From NCBI GenBank assembly GCA_023379025.1, contig JAMCTH010000003.1, forward strand, positions 103,362 to 167,361: 64,000 bases of DNA. Reading direction: 5' to 3'. Position 1 is the stretch's first letter, and each line of letters begins with the position of its first letter. A program made the position numbers and the translations under genes. This document shows positions 26,717 through 35,989 of the stretch, one piece after another. Under the pieces are notes generated by a model. The model made no database searches and had not been told where the DNA came from. It worked only from the letters and a program-made list of their open reading frames with translations. Source of the DNA: Patescibacteria group bacterium. Lineage in GTDB: Bacteria; Patescibacteriota; Microgenomatia; UBA10105; UBA927.

Positions 26717-28474
26717 CTAACGAAAAATCGTCTTAACTTTCACTTTTTCCAGTATTTCTTCCGGGTAAAACGGACGGCCGTCGAACTTCAGGAGCTTTTC
26801 CTGTATTTCAATGCCTGTCGCTTCACGAAGAAGCGACGCAAATTGGGCCGTAGCATTCTGCTCCACATCTATAATACGCTTTTTCCCGCCGAGGAGTTTT
26901 GCGACTTTTCCGGCCGGGAGCGGATAGACCCAGGTAAAATGCACCATATTTGCCTTTTTGCCGCCGATCGTGTAATCTGCCATCTCCAGCGCCTCAAGAA
27001 CCGGGCCTTTTGTCGATCCCCAGGTGAGGAACGTTATCTCCGCCTTCTCATCCCCGTAGACTACGGGAAGCGGCGCTTCGCGTTCTATAGCGGCCAGTTT
27101 CCGTTTCCGTTTTTCCACCATGGCAATGCGTTTTGCCGGGTCTTCCGTGGCATGCCCCACGTCGTCGTGTTCATAGGAGTTGATGAAATACTGCCCGTGC
27201 TTCGTACCGGGAAACGTGCGGGCGGATACGCCGTCCGGACTATCGGCACGATACCGGGGATACGCCCCTTCCGCAGGAAGCGTTGAAGGGTCCGCGACGT
27301 TCCCGCGGTCGATGACGATATCTCCGGTAAAAACGGACTTGGGGACGCACCACTGACTTTCATTAATATATTTATCCGTCAGGACAAATACCGGGGTCTG
27401 GAATGTATCCGCAAGCTGGAATGCACGAACCGTCTCTTTGTATGCTTCCCCCGCATCGCCGGGAGCCAGAACGATCCGCGCGAATTCCCCGTGTCCCGCG
27501 CGTACGACAAAAAGGAGTTCTCCCTGTTCCGTCCATGTCGGCATCCCGGTCGCGGGGCCCACCCGCATACCCATATCGATGACAAGCGGCGCCTCCACCA
27601 TACCGGCAAGAGACAGGCCTTCCACCATGAGTGCAAATCCTCCGCCGGAGGTCGCCACCATGCTCCGCGCTCCTGCCACTGACGCACCGATGGCCATATT
27701 GATGCCGGCTATTTCGTCTTCAGGCTGTTTGTAGACAATCCCGAGGCTTTTGGCGTGATCGGCAAGAAATGTAATGAGTGAGTTTATAGGGGTCATGGGA
27801 TAGATCGCGGCGAACTTAAGGCCCCCGCGTACCGCACCGACACCGACCGCCTCACTCCCGTTTATCATAAGGAGCGGTTCAGACTTTTCCGCAGGATCGA
27901 GATGACAGACGGATAGCACAGCGGCGTCTTTTTTCACGAGGTCATATCCTGCACGGGCAATTTCGACATTCCCGGTAATCACCGTCCCGCCTTTTTTACT
28001 GAACTGATCAGAGATAACCGTAGAAAGGACGTCAAGCGGTGCTCCGAGTAGCGCGACTGTTGCGCCGAGCGCCACGGTGTTGCGCATGACCGGTTCGGCT
28101 TTTTTTTGGGTTACGATCGTCTTGAACGGTATGGCTACAAGATGCACGGGTTTGGGAAAATCCAATGCCTGCCACTCTTGATCGTTCGGATCGTAAACGA
28201 CAATTGCCCCCTCGGAGAGTTCATCCCTATGGAGCGTCACGGTTTCCGCGTTCAGGGCCACCAGGATATGTACCTCACGGTGCATCGCCTCAAAACGTTT
28301 TGTTGCGATCCTGACGGTAATGAGGTTGTGACCGCCGCGGATAAGGGAAGGGTATTCGTTTGTGGCAAACGTATGATAACCGAGCCGGGAAAAAGCGCGC
28401 GCGAGCATGATCCCTGCAGACATGATGCCGAATCCCGCTTCACCGCCGATTTTCCACGTCACCGTCTCTGCCAT
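26717..28474 (-). CDS. korA: 2-oxoacid:ferredoxin oxidoreductase alpha subunit with N-terminal gamma-like domain
   Basis: 585 aa. N-terminal about 180 aa resemble the gamma subunit (IGGEAGFGIMSAG), followed by the alpha pyrimidine-binding domains. Confidence 0.85.
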   Translation of the reverse strand: MAETVTWKIGGEAGFGIMSAGIMLARAFSRLGYHTFATNEYPSLIRGGHNLITVRIATKRFEAMHREVHILVALNAETVTLHRDELSEGAIVVYDPNDQEWQALDFPKPVHLVAIPFKTIVTQKKAEPVMRNTVALGATVALLGAPLDVLSTVISDQFSKKGGTVITGNVEIARAGYDLVKKDAAVLSVCHLDPAEKSEPLLMINGSEAVGVGAVRGGLKFAAIYPMTPINSLITFLADHAKSLGIVYKQPEDEIAGINMAIGASVAGARSMVATSGGGFALMVEGLSLAGMVEAPLVIDMGMRVGPATGMPTWTEQGELLFVVRAGHGEFARIVLAPGDAGEAYKETVRAFQLADTFQTPVFVLTDKYINESQWCVPKSVFTGDIVIDRGNVADPSTLPAEGAYPRYRADSPDGVSARTFPGTKHGQYFINSYEHDDVGHATEDPAKRIAMVEKRKRKLAAIEREAPLPVVYGDEKAEITFLTWGSTKGPVLEALEMADYTIGGKKANMVHFTWVYPLPAGKVAKLLGGKKRIIDVEQNATAQFASLLREATGIEIQEKLLKFDGRPFYPEEILEKVKVKTIFR

Positions 28475-28555
28475 ATATGTAGGCTATCACACGCTCCGCT
28501 CAGTTTCCGGGAACGTTACCGCACTGAGAAACGGATACGTTCCCTGAAACCTCCG

Positions 28556-28813
28556 TCAGGGAAAAAGCTGTTTACCGGTTTTCTTATCAACGACAAATAT
28601 CGCCATGACCGGACAGCCTTTTGCCGCTTCGATAAGGATCTCATCCGATTCTTCTTCTGCCGTATCAAGGATAATCGCTTTCGCTTCGTCATCAAGCACC
28701 CAGGCTTTCGGAGCGATCGCGACGCAGGTTGCGGCGCCGATACAGAGATCCCTGTCTATCCACATCGTAAGGTTTCTGATTGTCCGCTTTACTTTGGGAT
28801 CGTTTGTATCCAT
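28556..28813 (-). CDS. Small ferredoxin (single Fe-S cluster type)
   Basis: 85 aa. DRDLCIGAATCV...CP Cys pattern. Confidence 0.65.
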   Translation of the reverse strand: MDTNDPKVKRTIRNLTMWIDRDLCIGAATCVAIAPKAWVLDDEAKAIILDTAEEESDEILIEAAKGCPVMAIFVVDKKTGKQLFP

Positions 28814-28818
28814 GTCTT

Positions 28819-29229
28819 TTATGCTACACCAGACCGTTCTGCCGTTTCAAGGGTTTTTTCTTTTAAAACTGCTTTCTGTAACACTTCCAGCGGCAACAGC
28901 GCGCACTTTACCCGGGAGGGAGTCAGCGAGGCGCCGAGCATATCGAAGACATACTGTGGAGACAACCGCAGTACTTCCGAAACAGGCCGGCGTAAGACCC
29001 GTTCCGTCAGCATGGATGCGCTCGCCTGACTTATGGCGCACCCCTCACCGGAGAATCGGATATCGGCAACGATCGGTTCTGTTTTCCCGTCCTGGACCAG
29101 AACTTCAATCCTCATTCTGTCTCCGCAGGTTGCGTTGTACTCCTCTGCGGTATGTGTCGGAGACGGAAGCGCGCCGAAATTTCTCGGGTGTTTATAGTGA
29201 TCGAGTATCGCGTCACGGTAGATATCCAT
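28819..29229 (-). CDS. sufU: Fe-S cluster assembly scaffold, SufU/NifU-N type
   Basis: About 137 aa from MDIYRDAILDHYKHPRN. TCGDRM and SGEGCAIS conserved Cys motifs. Confidence 0.75.
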   Translation of the reverse strand: MDIYRDAILDHYKHPRNFGALPSPTHTAEEYNATCGDRMRIEVLVQDGKTEPIVADIRFSGEGCAISQASASMLTERVLRRPVSEVLRLSPQYVFDMLGASLTPSRVKCALLPLEVLQKAVLKEKTLETAERSGVA

Positions 29230-29234
29230 AGGAT

Positions 29235-30464
29235 TTATCGGAATGTTTCCTGCACGCGGAGAAGACCCTGTATCAGCGCGTCTATGTCCGCCTCGGTAGT
29301 ATAGATGTAAAAGGAAGCGCGCACCGTTGGCCCGATATGGAGGCATTCATGAAGCGGCTGGGCGCAGTGAAACCCGACGCGTACACAGATACGATCGTCA
29401 TCCAGTACCTGGGCTACATCATGCGGATGGATGCCCTCGAGACGGAATGCCACCACGCCCCCCCGGTCTTTCGGATCTCGCGGACCATAGACGGTAACTC
29501 CGTCGACCGCTTGCAGTTTCTTGAGCGCATAAGCAGTAATGTCCATTTCATGACGGCGGACATCTTCCATACCGAGATGCTCGAGATACCTGACCGCCGC
29601 ACCCAACCCTATGGCACCGGCAATATACGGGGTACCCGCCTCGAACCGGTGCGGGACATCCTGATATACCGCGCGGTCGCGGTGCACCTCTTTGATCATA
29701 TCTCCGCCGAAGGTAAACGGCGGCAGCCCCTCGAGAAACTCATGTCTCCCCCACAATACTCCGATCCCCGTCGGACCCAGCATCTTATGCGCGGAAAACG
29801 CGACAATATCCGCTCCCCAAGCCGAAACGTCGAGCGGCATGTGCGGCGCAGCCTGCGCTGCATCGACAAGCACGATACATCCAGGGTTTATCCGTTTCAC
29901 CCGTTTCACGATTTCCCCTATGGGCGGAAGCGTACCCAGGACATTGGATGCTGCAGTAAGCGCAACCAGTTTCGTTTTTTTCGACACCAGCGTCTCAAGC
30001 GCATCAATCGGGAGCAATCCGGTTTCGTCCGGCTCCCAGAACATAAGGTCTATGCCCTTTACCCTCCGCAGTTCCAGCCAGGGGACGAAGTTGGCATGGT
30101 GTTCCAGCATGGTCGTCACAACGCCGTCTCCCCTGCCGAGTGCGGGAAGCGCCCACGCATAGTAGATAAGGCTTATGGACTCGTCGGTGTTTCTGGTAAA
30201 CACGACCTCGCGTGTGTCCCGGGCATGGATAAACCGCGCAACATCGCCACGGGCACCTTCATATGCGGCTGTTGCGCGTTCCGAAATGCTATAGATCCCG
30301 CGGAACACGTTGGCTCCGTAGGTAGTATAGTATTCATCCATCGCCTGAAGCACCGCTGCCGGCTTGAGGCTCGTTGCCGTGCTGTCAAGATACACAAGCC
30401 CTTTCCCGTCCGCGGGACGGGAAAGCATGGGGAAATCCTTCCGGATGACTGCCGCGTCAAACAT
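29235..30464 (-). CDS. sufS: Cysteine desulfurase (SufS/CsdA class II)
   Basis: 409 aa. PLP-lysine context SAHKMLGPTGIG and C-terminal catalytic Cys loop RVGFHCAQP. Confidence 0.92.
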   Translation of the reverse strand: MFDAAVIRKDFPMLSRPADGKGLVYLDSTATSLKPAAVLQAMDEYYTTYGANVFRGIYSISERATAAYEGARGDVARFIHARDTREVVFTRNTDESISLIYYAWALPALGRGDGVVTTMLEHHANFVPWLELRRVKGIDLMFWEPDETGLLPIDALETLVSKKTKLVALTAASNVLGTLPPIGEIVKRVKRINPGCIVLVDAAQAAPHMPLDVSAWGADIVAFSAHKMLGPTGIGVLWGRHEFLEGLPPFTFGGDMIKEVHRDRAVYQDVPHRFEAGTPYIAGAIGLGAAVRYLEHLGMEDVRRHEMDITAYALKKLQAVDGVTVYGPRDPKDRGGVVAFRLEGIHPHDVAQVLDDDRICVRVGFHCAQPLHECLHIGPTVRASFYIYTTEADIDALIQGLLRVQETFR

Positions 30465-30473
30465 ACACGCTCA

Positions 30474-30785
30474 TCAGAGTTCTACAAAAACGTCGCCGCC
30501 TTCCACTTTTGTCCGATATGAACGGACATCGGTCGTAGCCGGCAGGGCAAGGACTTTGCCGCTTGTGACATCAAATTTTGCTCCGTGACAGCCGCAGACC
30601 ACCGTCGTCCCGTCAAGCACGCCTTCGCCGCCCAAGGAACACTGATGATGTGAACAGGCGTCGTCTATCGCAAAAAAAGATTCTCCGATATGTGCAAGTG
30701 CGATTTTTTTCCCGGCGGTTTCCACGGTTTTCATACTGCCGTCAGGGATATCTCCGGCGGCGGCTACTTTTACAAAATCAGGCAT
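30474..30785 (-). CDS. Rieske [2Fe-2S] domain protein within the SUF operon
   Basis: About 103 aa from MPDFVKV. Box I CSHHQC and box II CGCHG ligands. Confidence 0.75.
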   Translation of the reverse strand: MPDFVKVAAAGDIPDGSMKTVETAGKKIALAHIGESFFAIDDACSHHQCSLGGEGVLDGTTVVCGCHGAKFDVTSGKVLALPATTDVRSYRTKVEGGDVFVEL

Positions 30786-30823
30786 AGATCCTCCTTTTCC
30801 GTCCCAACATGGGGACAACACTA

Positions 30824-31498
30824 TTATACGTCAAGCCCCAGTACCTTCGCTGTGCGATACTTCACCACCCGATCGTCCACTCCGGTTATGGCGCTCTTCA
30901 GAAATCCGGACAGGATAAGCGTCTCCCCTTTTTTCCGTTCTATCCCGCGGCTTTCCAGATACCACAACTCCTCCTCCGACACCGATCCGATCGTCGCGCC
31001 GTGCGTGCAGCGTACATCGTCCGCCAATATTTCCAGTGACGGCTTACTCTCCGCATGAGCCGTCCGTGAAAGCAATAGATTTTCGTTTCTCTGGTATGCG
31101 TCGGTTTTTGGGGCAGACGGCTCCACCCGGATACCGCCGTCATAAAAAAACTGCGCGTTTTCGGAAAGAACGGTTTTGACAAGCAGATTACTCACCGTGT
31201 CCGGCGCTTCGTGCTGCTGCAGCGTATGCAACCGGATGTCTGCGGTACCCCGTCCCAATACGAGCCCGATAATAGTCGCGCGGGAACCGCTGCCGCATAA
31301 CCGGACCGAGAGATGTACCGCCCGGTTCTCTACACTGTTGATTGCCACGAGTATGGTGCATTCCGTGTTCTTCCCGATGCGGTACGCGTATTGCTCCTCA
31401 GCACCCTGAGGCAGTTCAAGGATGGTTTCCGTATGCGTCACGTCACGGATGCGCATACCGGAATTACTGCTGATTTTGGCTGCCCCGGAACCTGACAT
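30824..31498 (-). CDS. sufD: Short SufD-like protein
   Basis: 224 aa. C-terminal DVRCTHGATIG...ELWYLESRGI matches the SufB/SufD beta-helix C-terminal region. Much shorter than E. coli SufD. Confidence 0.7.
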   Translation of the reverse strand: MSGSGAAKISSNSGMRIRDVTHTETILELPQGAEEQYAYRIGKNTECTILVAINSVENRAVHLSVRLCGSGSRATIIGLVLGRGTADIRLHTLQQHEAPDTVSNLLVKTVLSENAQFFYDGGIRVEPSAPKTDAYQRNENLLLSRTAHAESKPSLEILADDVRCTHGATIGSVSEEELWYLESRGIERKKGETLILSGFLKSAITGVDDRVVKYRTAKVLGLDV

Positions 31499-31515
31499 GT
31501 TGATTTTTGATATGG

Positions 31516-32916
31516 CTACCCTACCGATCCCTCCATCTGCAGCTGAATTAATCTGTTCATTTCTACGGCGTACTCAAGCGGCAATTCCTTGACAATCGGT
31601 TCGATAAATCCGTTGACGATCATGGACTGTGCCTCTGCCTTTCCGATACCGCGGCTTTCGAGATAAAAAAGCTGTTCATCCCCGATTTTGGATACCGTGG
31701 CTTCATGCTCGACGGCAACCTGCTTTTCCCGGATATTCATCGTGGGGTACGTATCCGAACGGGATAAAGGATCGAGAAGGAGCGCATCGCAGACAACGTT
31801 GCTCTTCACCCCTGTTGCTCCGGGGACGACCTCAACAAGCCCGCGGTAAGAGGTTCTCCCCCCTCCCCGGCTTATGGATTTGGAGATAATCCGGGAGCTC
31901 GTTTCAGAAGCGGCGTGGATCGCTTTTCCGCCGGCATCCTGGTGCTGCCCGGCGCCGGCATAGGCAATGGAGAGCACCTCGCCCCGCGCTTTCCTTCCCA
32001 TAAGATACACACTCGGATATTTCATGGTCACCTTACTGCCGAGATTGCCGTCCACCCACTCCATGATCCCCTCTTCCTCAACGCGGGTCCGTTTGGTGAC
32101 CAGGTTGTAGACATTGGTACTCCAGTTCTGGATCGTCGTGTAGCGTACGCGGGCCCCGCGTTTAACTATAATCTCAACCACCGCGCTATGGAGCGAATCC
32201 GTCGAGTAAACGGGCGCAGTACATCCCTCGACATAATGCACAAAGCTTCCTTCCTCTGCGATGATAAGTGTCCGTTCGAACTGACCCATGTTGGCGGCAT
32301 TGATACGGAAATACGCCTGAAGCGGAAGCTCTACCGAAACACCGGCGGGAACATAGACAAACGAACCCCCGGACCAGACGCTGGTGTTGAGCGCCGCGAA
32401 CTTGTTGTCCATGGGAGGGATAATCGTCCCGAAGTACTGCCGGATGATATCAGGATGTTCCCGGAGAGCCGAATCCATATCGAGGAATATAACGCCTTTT
32501 TTCTCGAGTAGCCCCTGGATGCTTTTATAGACGACTTCCGATTCATACTGCGCGGACACGCCCGAAAGGAATTTTTTCTCGGCTTCGGGAATGCCGATTC
32601 TGTCGTATGTGTCACGGATCTCCGGGGGTAATGCCGCCCAGCTTTCCGCTTTTTCCCGGGTCGGCTTTATGTAATAGTAGATGTCGTCGAAGTTGATGTG
32701 CGAAAGATCCGCTCCCCACAGGGGAAGCGGCTTTTTCCGGAATATTTCAAGGCTCCGGAGCCGCATATCCCTCATCCATTCCGGTTCGTTTTTACGCCAG
32801 CTGATGTCACGGACCACATCTTCATCCAACCCTCTTTTGGATTTAAACACATAGTTTTCCGGCTTGTGAAAACCGTATTTATAGGCCGTGTCCATGATGG
32901 GCTGGGTTGTCGTCAT
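31516..32916 (-). CDS. sufB: Fe-S cluster assembly protein SufB
   Basis: 466 aa, full-length SufB with characteristic [23 protein letters not shown]. Confidence 0.93.
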   Translation of the reverse strand: MTTTQPIMDTAYKYGFHKPENYVFKSKRGLDEDVVRDISWRKNEPEWMRDMRLRSLEIFRKKPLPLWGADLSHINFDDIYYYIKPTREKAESWAALPPEIRDTYDRIGIPEAEKKFLSGVSAQYESEVVYKSIQGLLEKKGVIFLDMDSALREHPDIIRQYFGTIIPPMDNKFAALNTSVWSGGSFVYVPAGVSVELPLQAYFRINAANMGQFERTLIIAEEGSFVHYVEGCTAPVYSTDSLHSAVVEIIVKRGARVRYTTIQNWSTNVYNLVTKRTRVEEEGIMEWVDGNLGSKVTMKYPSVYLMGRKARGEVLSIAYAGAGQHQDAGGKAIHAASETSSRIISKSISRGGGRTSYRGLVEVVPGATGVKSNVVCDALLLDPLSRSDTYPTMNIREKQVAVEHEATVSKIGDEQLFYLESRGIGKAEAQSMIVNGFIEPIVKELPLEYAVEMNRLIQLQMEGSVG

Positions 32917-33857
32917 ATATTTCCGACCGTTTTCCTACCCGCACTGATGTATCGATACATCAGTGCAGAAGTTACGTAAACCTGCGCATGTTGAGTCAAA
33001 TATCGTTTGTAGCCTTTTTTTTCAATGTCCCGCGAAAGTTCCACTCCTCCGGTATCGACAATTTTTCCTGATACCAGGACGTGAACGGTGTCCGGCTTCA
33101 GATACTTGAGAATCCGCATATAGTGGGTGACAACGATAACTCCTGTCCCTGTCTGGACGAGCCTCCTGACGCCGTTTGCAACTATTTTTAGCGCGTCTAC
33201 ATCGAGTCCCGTGTCAATCTCGTCAAACACGGCGTATTTGGGTCTGAGTACCAGAGCCTGCAGCATTTCCGCTTTTTTCTTTTCTCCTCCGGAAAACCCG
33301 TCATGTATCCCCCGCGACAGGAAAGATTCATCGAGTTTCAGAAATCCGGCTTCTTCTTTCACCTTCGACAAAAAAGCCGGCAGAGACAGGCCGTCTGCCC
33401 GCCATTTACCCGCAAGAAGAGGATTGTGGGGAGTGTTCATAACGCGCTTTCCCGATTCCCCGTAGAGCGACTGATATGCACTTCGGAGAAGATTGATGAT
33501 GGTGACACCCGGCACGGCGACCGGGGATTGCAGCGCGAGAAACAGACCCGCTTTCGCCCGCTCCTCCGGTGACAAATTAATAACCTCAATTCCGTTAACA
33601 ACTATCGATCCGGGATTATTACTTGATTCTTTTGACTTTTTGAATTTTGGATTTGTTTGGGATTTGGTCATTGGGATTTGGGATTTATAGGACGGGTGCC
33701 CCATGAGCGCATATGCAAGTGTTGATTTCCCACTGCCGTTTGGCCCCATAATTGCATGTATTTCGCCCGGCTTTACCGTCATGGAGACACCTTTCAGGAT
33801 TTCTTTGCCTTCGATCCCTGCATGGAGAGTGCGGATAGCGAGTTCCTGCTGTTTCAT
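32913..33857 (-). CDS. sufC: Fe-S cluster assembly ATPase SufC, with a Lys/Ser-rich low-complexity insertion and a C-terminal extension
   Basis: 314 aa. Walker [13 protein letters not shown] signature LSGGEKKK, Walker [11 protein letters not shown]. Insertion [22 protein letters not shown] after the Walker A region. Extends about 33 aa past the usual EKKGY end. Confidence 0.9.
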   Translation of the reverse strand: MKQQELAIRTLHAGIEGKEILKGVSMTVKPGEIHAIMGPNGSGKSTLAYALMGHPSYKSQIPMTKSQTNPKFKKSKESSNNPGSIVVNGIEVINLSPEERAKAGLFLALQSPVAVPGVTIINLLRSAYQSLYGESGKRVMNTPHNPLLAGKWRADGLSLPAFLSKVKEEAGFLKLDESFLSRGIHDGFSGGEKKKAEMLQALVLRPKYAVFDEIDTGLDVDALKIVANGVRRLVQTGTGVIVVTHYMRILKYLKPDTVHVLVSGKIVDTGGVELSRDIEKKGYKRYLTQHAQVYVTSALMYRYISAGRKTVGNI

Positions 33858-34261
33858 ACTGTCCTGACGAGATGTTCAAGGGTGATCGTCCCGAGACTTC
33901 CGGCGACGGCGCCGTTGACCGTGCGCCGTATATGCTGAGGCAGACACGCCGTATAAAGCGGACACGCGGATGAAGACGCGGCCTGCTCCGGTTTTTTTCG
34001 AAGATCCGTATCAAGAGCCTGCATGATGTCCCAGACGGATATCCTGTCCGCCGGTTTGGCAAGTTCATACCCGCCGCCGATTCCCTCGCGGCTTACGACC
34101 AGGCCCGCTGCTTTAAGCCTGCTTGCAATTTTTTTCAGGAAAAGCACGGAAACGCCATGTTCGCGTGCGACGGAAGAAAGAGGAAGCGGTTTTTCCCCGG
34201 TTCTCCGGCAGAGTTCGCCCATGAAAAGCAGTCCGACATGTTCCTGTCTGGGAATTTTCAT
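33854..34261 (-). CDS. Rrf2-family transcriptional regulator (IscR/SufR-like)
   Basis: About 135 aa from MKIPRQ. wHTH LSSVAREHGVSVLFLKKIASRLKAAGLVVSREGIGGGYELAKP typical of Rrf2. C-terminal Cys residues. Confidence 0.75.
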   Translation of the reverse strand: MKIPRQEHVGLLFMGELCRRTGEKPLPLSSVAREHGVSVLFLKKIASRLKAAGLVVSREGIGGGYELAKPADRISVWDIMQALDTDLRKKPEQAASSSACPLYTACLPQHIRRTVNGAVAGSLGTITLEHLVRTV

Positions 34262-34319
34262 AACTGATACCAATCTAGTATCAGTTTACGGTATTTCCAT
34301 AAAGTGTCAAGGGGTGAGG

Positions 34320-35102
34320 TCAAAGACGGTTGCTGACCCGGTCGTTTTTCCCGAAAAATACTTCACGTGTCCCCTGCATCCTGAGGATAAAAAATTCCTG
34401 CTTTTTTTTCATCGCTCCAGTCATCCGCGTAAAACGGTCGACATCTTCCTCCTGCGATACATGGCAGGAAAGCGCCCTCAGTTTTGTCTTTTCAAACTTA
34501 GTTATATCGATGACAGCAGTAATGAGCTTGTCCGCTGTACCAACCCAGGGTTTGTCAAAAACCTTCTCCGGCAGGATCTTTTTATCCTGCATGTACCGGA
34601 CGAGGCTTGCCGGCTGGCATACGTAGTAAAGTTTCGGTTCCTGGTCCGCCCGAAGCGGCTGTCCGGACGCGCGTTCCCGGTCTTCGGCGTATTTCTGGAA
34701 TGCAAAGGTCGTTGAAAGGGAAATTTTCCTGTGGTCGGGATGGTTCGAAATACCGCCCGGTTCAAACGTGACGACGATATCCGGAGCATATTCCGCCAAA
34801 ATCCGGTATACCGCGTCCTCAAGATCTCCCGGAGTAAGGGAAGACAGTTTGCCGTCCTGATAGTCGAGAAACGTCACGAACGTAATGCCCAGAAGCTCAG
34901 CCGCCGCTTCCAGCTCCTTCTGCCGTATAGATCCGAGCACCACCTTGTCCGTGTTTTTGTAGGGGCCGGTAAGCCCTGCTTCTCCTTTGGTTGCCGTTAC
35001 GAGATTTACTTCCCAACCCGCGGCATGGTATTTGGCAAGCGTGGCACCGCAGCTGAACGTTTCATCATCAGGGTGGGCAAAGACGGCGAGTAGCTTTTTC
35101 AT
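34320..35102 (-). CDS. PIG-L/LmbE-family N-acetylglucosaminyl deacetylase (BshB/MshB-like)
   Basis: About 260 aa from MKKLLAVFAHPDDETF. AHPDDE zinc-binding motif and HPDH second motif. Confidence 0.8.
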   Translation of the reverse strand: MKKLLAVFAHPDDETFSCGATLAKYHAAGWEVNLVTATKGEAGLTGPYKNTDKVVLGSIRQKELEAAAELLGITFVTFLDYQDGKLSSLTPGDLEDAVYRILAEYAPDIVVTFEPGGISNHPDHRKISLSTTFAFQKYAEDRERASGQPLRADQEPKLYYVCQPASLVRYMQDKKILPEKVFDKPWVGTADKLITAVIDITKFEKTKLRALSCHVSQEEDVDRFTRMTGAMKKKQEFFILRMQGTREVFFGKNDRVSNRL

Positions 35103-35183
35103 AGATAGTATGTATGGTAGCTCACCAAGTTGAAAAAAGAAATATCGATGTGCTGTAATGGTAGTGAAGGGAGGTGAACTTAT

Positions 35184-35378
35184 ATGACCAAACTCTTCAA
35201 ACGCGCGGTAACATACATGGGGAAAAATGTGGCATTCAACAGCCTCACGCATCTCATCGGCGGCATCGGTATCGGCATGCTACTTACCTATCCGCTGGCC
35301 GGCGCGCATCCTGTCCGTTGGGGGCTCGTATTCATTGCGGTTGCGCTTGCCGGGCACTGGTGGGCAGCCACACACTAA
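35184..35378 (+). CDS. Small membrane protein
   Basis: 64 aa with strong upstream SD (GGGAGGTG). Two hydrophobic segments. Confidence 0.35.
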   Translation: MTKLFKRAVTYMGKNVAFNSLTHLIGGIGIGMLLTYPLAGAHPVRWGLVFIAVALAGHWWAATH

Positions 35379-35383
35379 TCGGT

Positions 35384-35584
35384 TCAGCCCGCTGATTCCA
35401 GGGCCTGAATTTCCTTTTTAAGGTCGGCAACCATGGCGCGCAGCACCATGACTTCCTGATGCTTCATCTCCGAAGCTGCACTTTCGTGGATGACGCCGCG
35501 GTAGCGCTTCATCCTGAATGCAAGTTTATCCTCATAAAAGGCCAGTCTCTCCTTAAGCTTTTGAAGTTTCTCGAAATCAACCAT
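35384..35584 (-). CDS. Small coiled-coil protein
   Basis: 66 aa, heptad-like Lys/Glu/Leu pattern and a G-rich SD upstream. Confidence 0.3.
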   Translation of the reverse strand: MVDFEKLQKLKERLAFYEDKLAFRMKRYRGVIHESAASEMKHQEVMVLRAMVADLKKEIQALESAG

Positions 35585-35692
35585 AATGTTCCCCCCGGGG
35601 TCTTCGTTAGCTGTTTATATACGATAGAAAGCGAAGCTTTCAAAGAGCAACGCTTAGCTTTCTCAGTTTCTCACCAAAAAAGTAACGCCTAA

Positions 35693-35825
35693 AAGCTATC
35701 TCCAAGCCTATTCTTCGAGCCTCTCGGCGAGAAGTCTCGAGGTAAACTTCGCGAAAAGTTCTCACGGAGTTTACCCTGAGTCTTCCCGAAGGGTTCGAAC
35801 AATATCTTTTCGAGATTTGAGATAA
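35693..35825. repeat. Copy A of an approximately 130 nt intergenic element (candidate ncRNA or MITE)
   Basis: CTCCAAGCCTATTCTTCGAGCCTCTCGGCGAGAAGTCTCGAGGTAAACTTCGCGAAAAGTTCTCACGGAGTTTACCCTGAGTCTTCCCGAAGGGTTCGAACAATATCTTTTCGAGATTTGAGA is nearly identical to 50063..50195. Flanked by imperfect 26 nt direct repeats (CAAAGAGCAACGCTTAGCTTTCTCAG and CAAAGAGCAAAGCTTACTTTCTCATC). Confidence 0.7.
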
Positions 35826-35989
35826 CCTCTCGTTTTCTCGTCAAAGAGCAAAGCTTACTTTCTCATCCCCTACCTATTATATAAGGTTGGTGAGAAAAAA
35901 ATAATCCGGTAGCAGAGCCGGTCCCGGAAGTTATTTTGCATAACCCCGAACGTAATCGTCTCGCCGGAGTCCTGATGTATAATACTCCC

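Noticed and set aside
28106-29029. 307 aa plus-strand ORF and 208 aa plus-strand ORF (28605..29231)
   Set aside because: Antisense to korA, the ferredoxin and sufU. No motifs.
29337-30521. 394 aa plus-strand ORF
   Set aside because: Exactly antisense to sufS.
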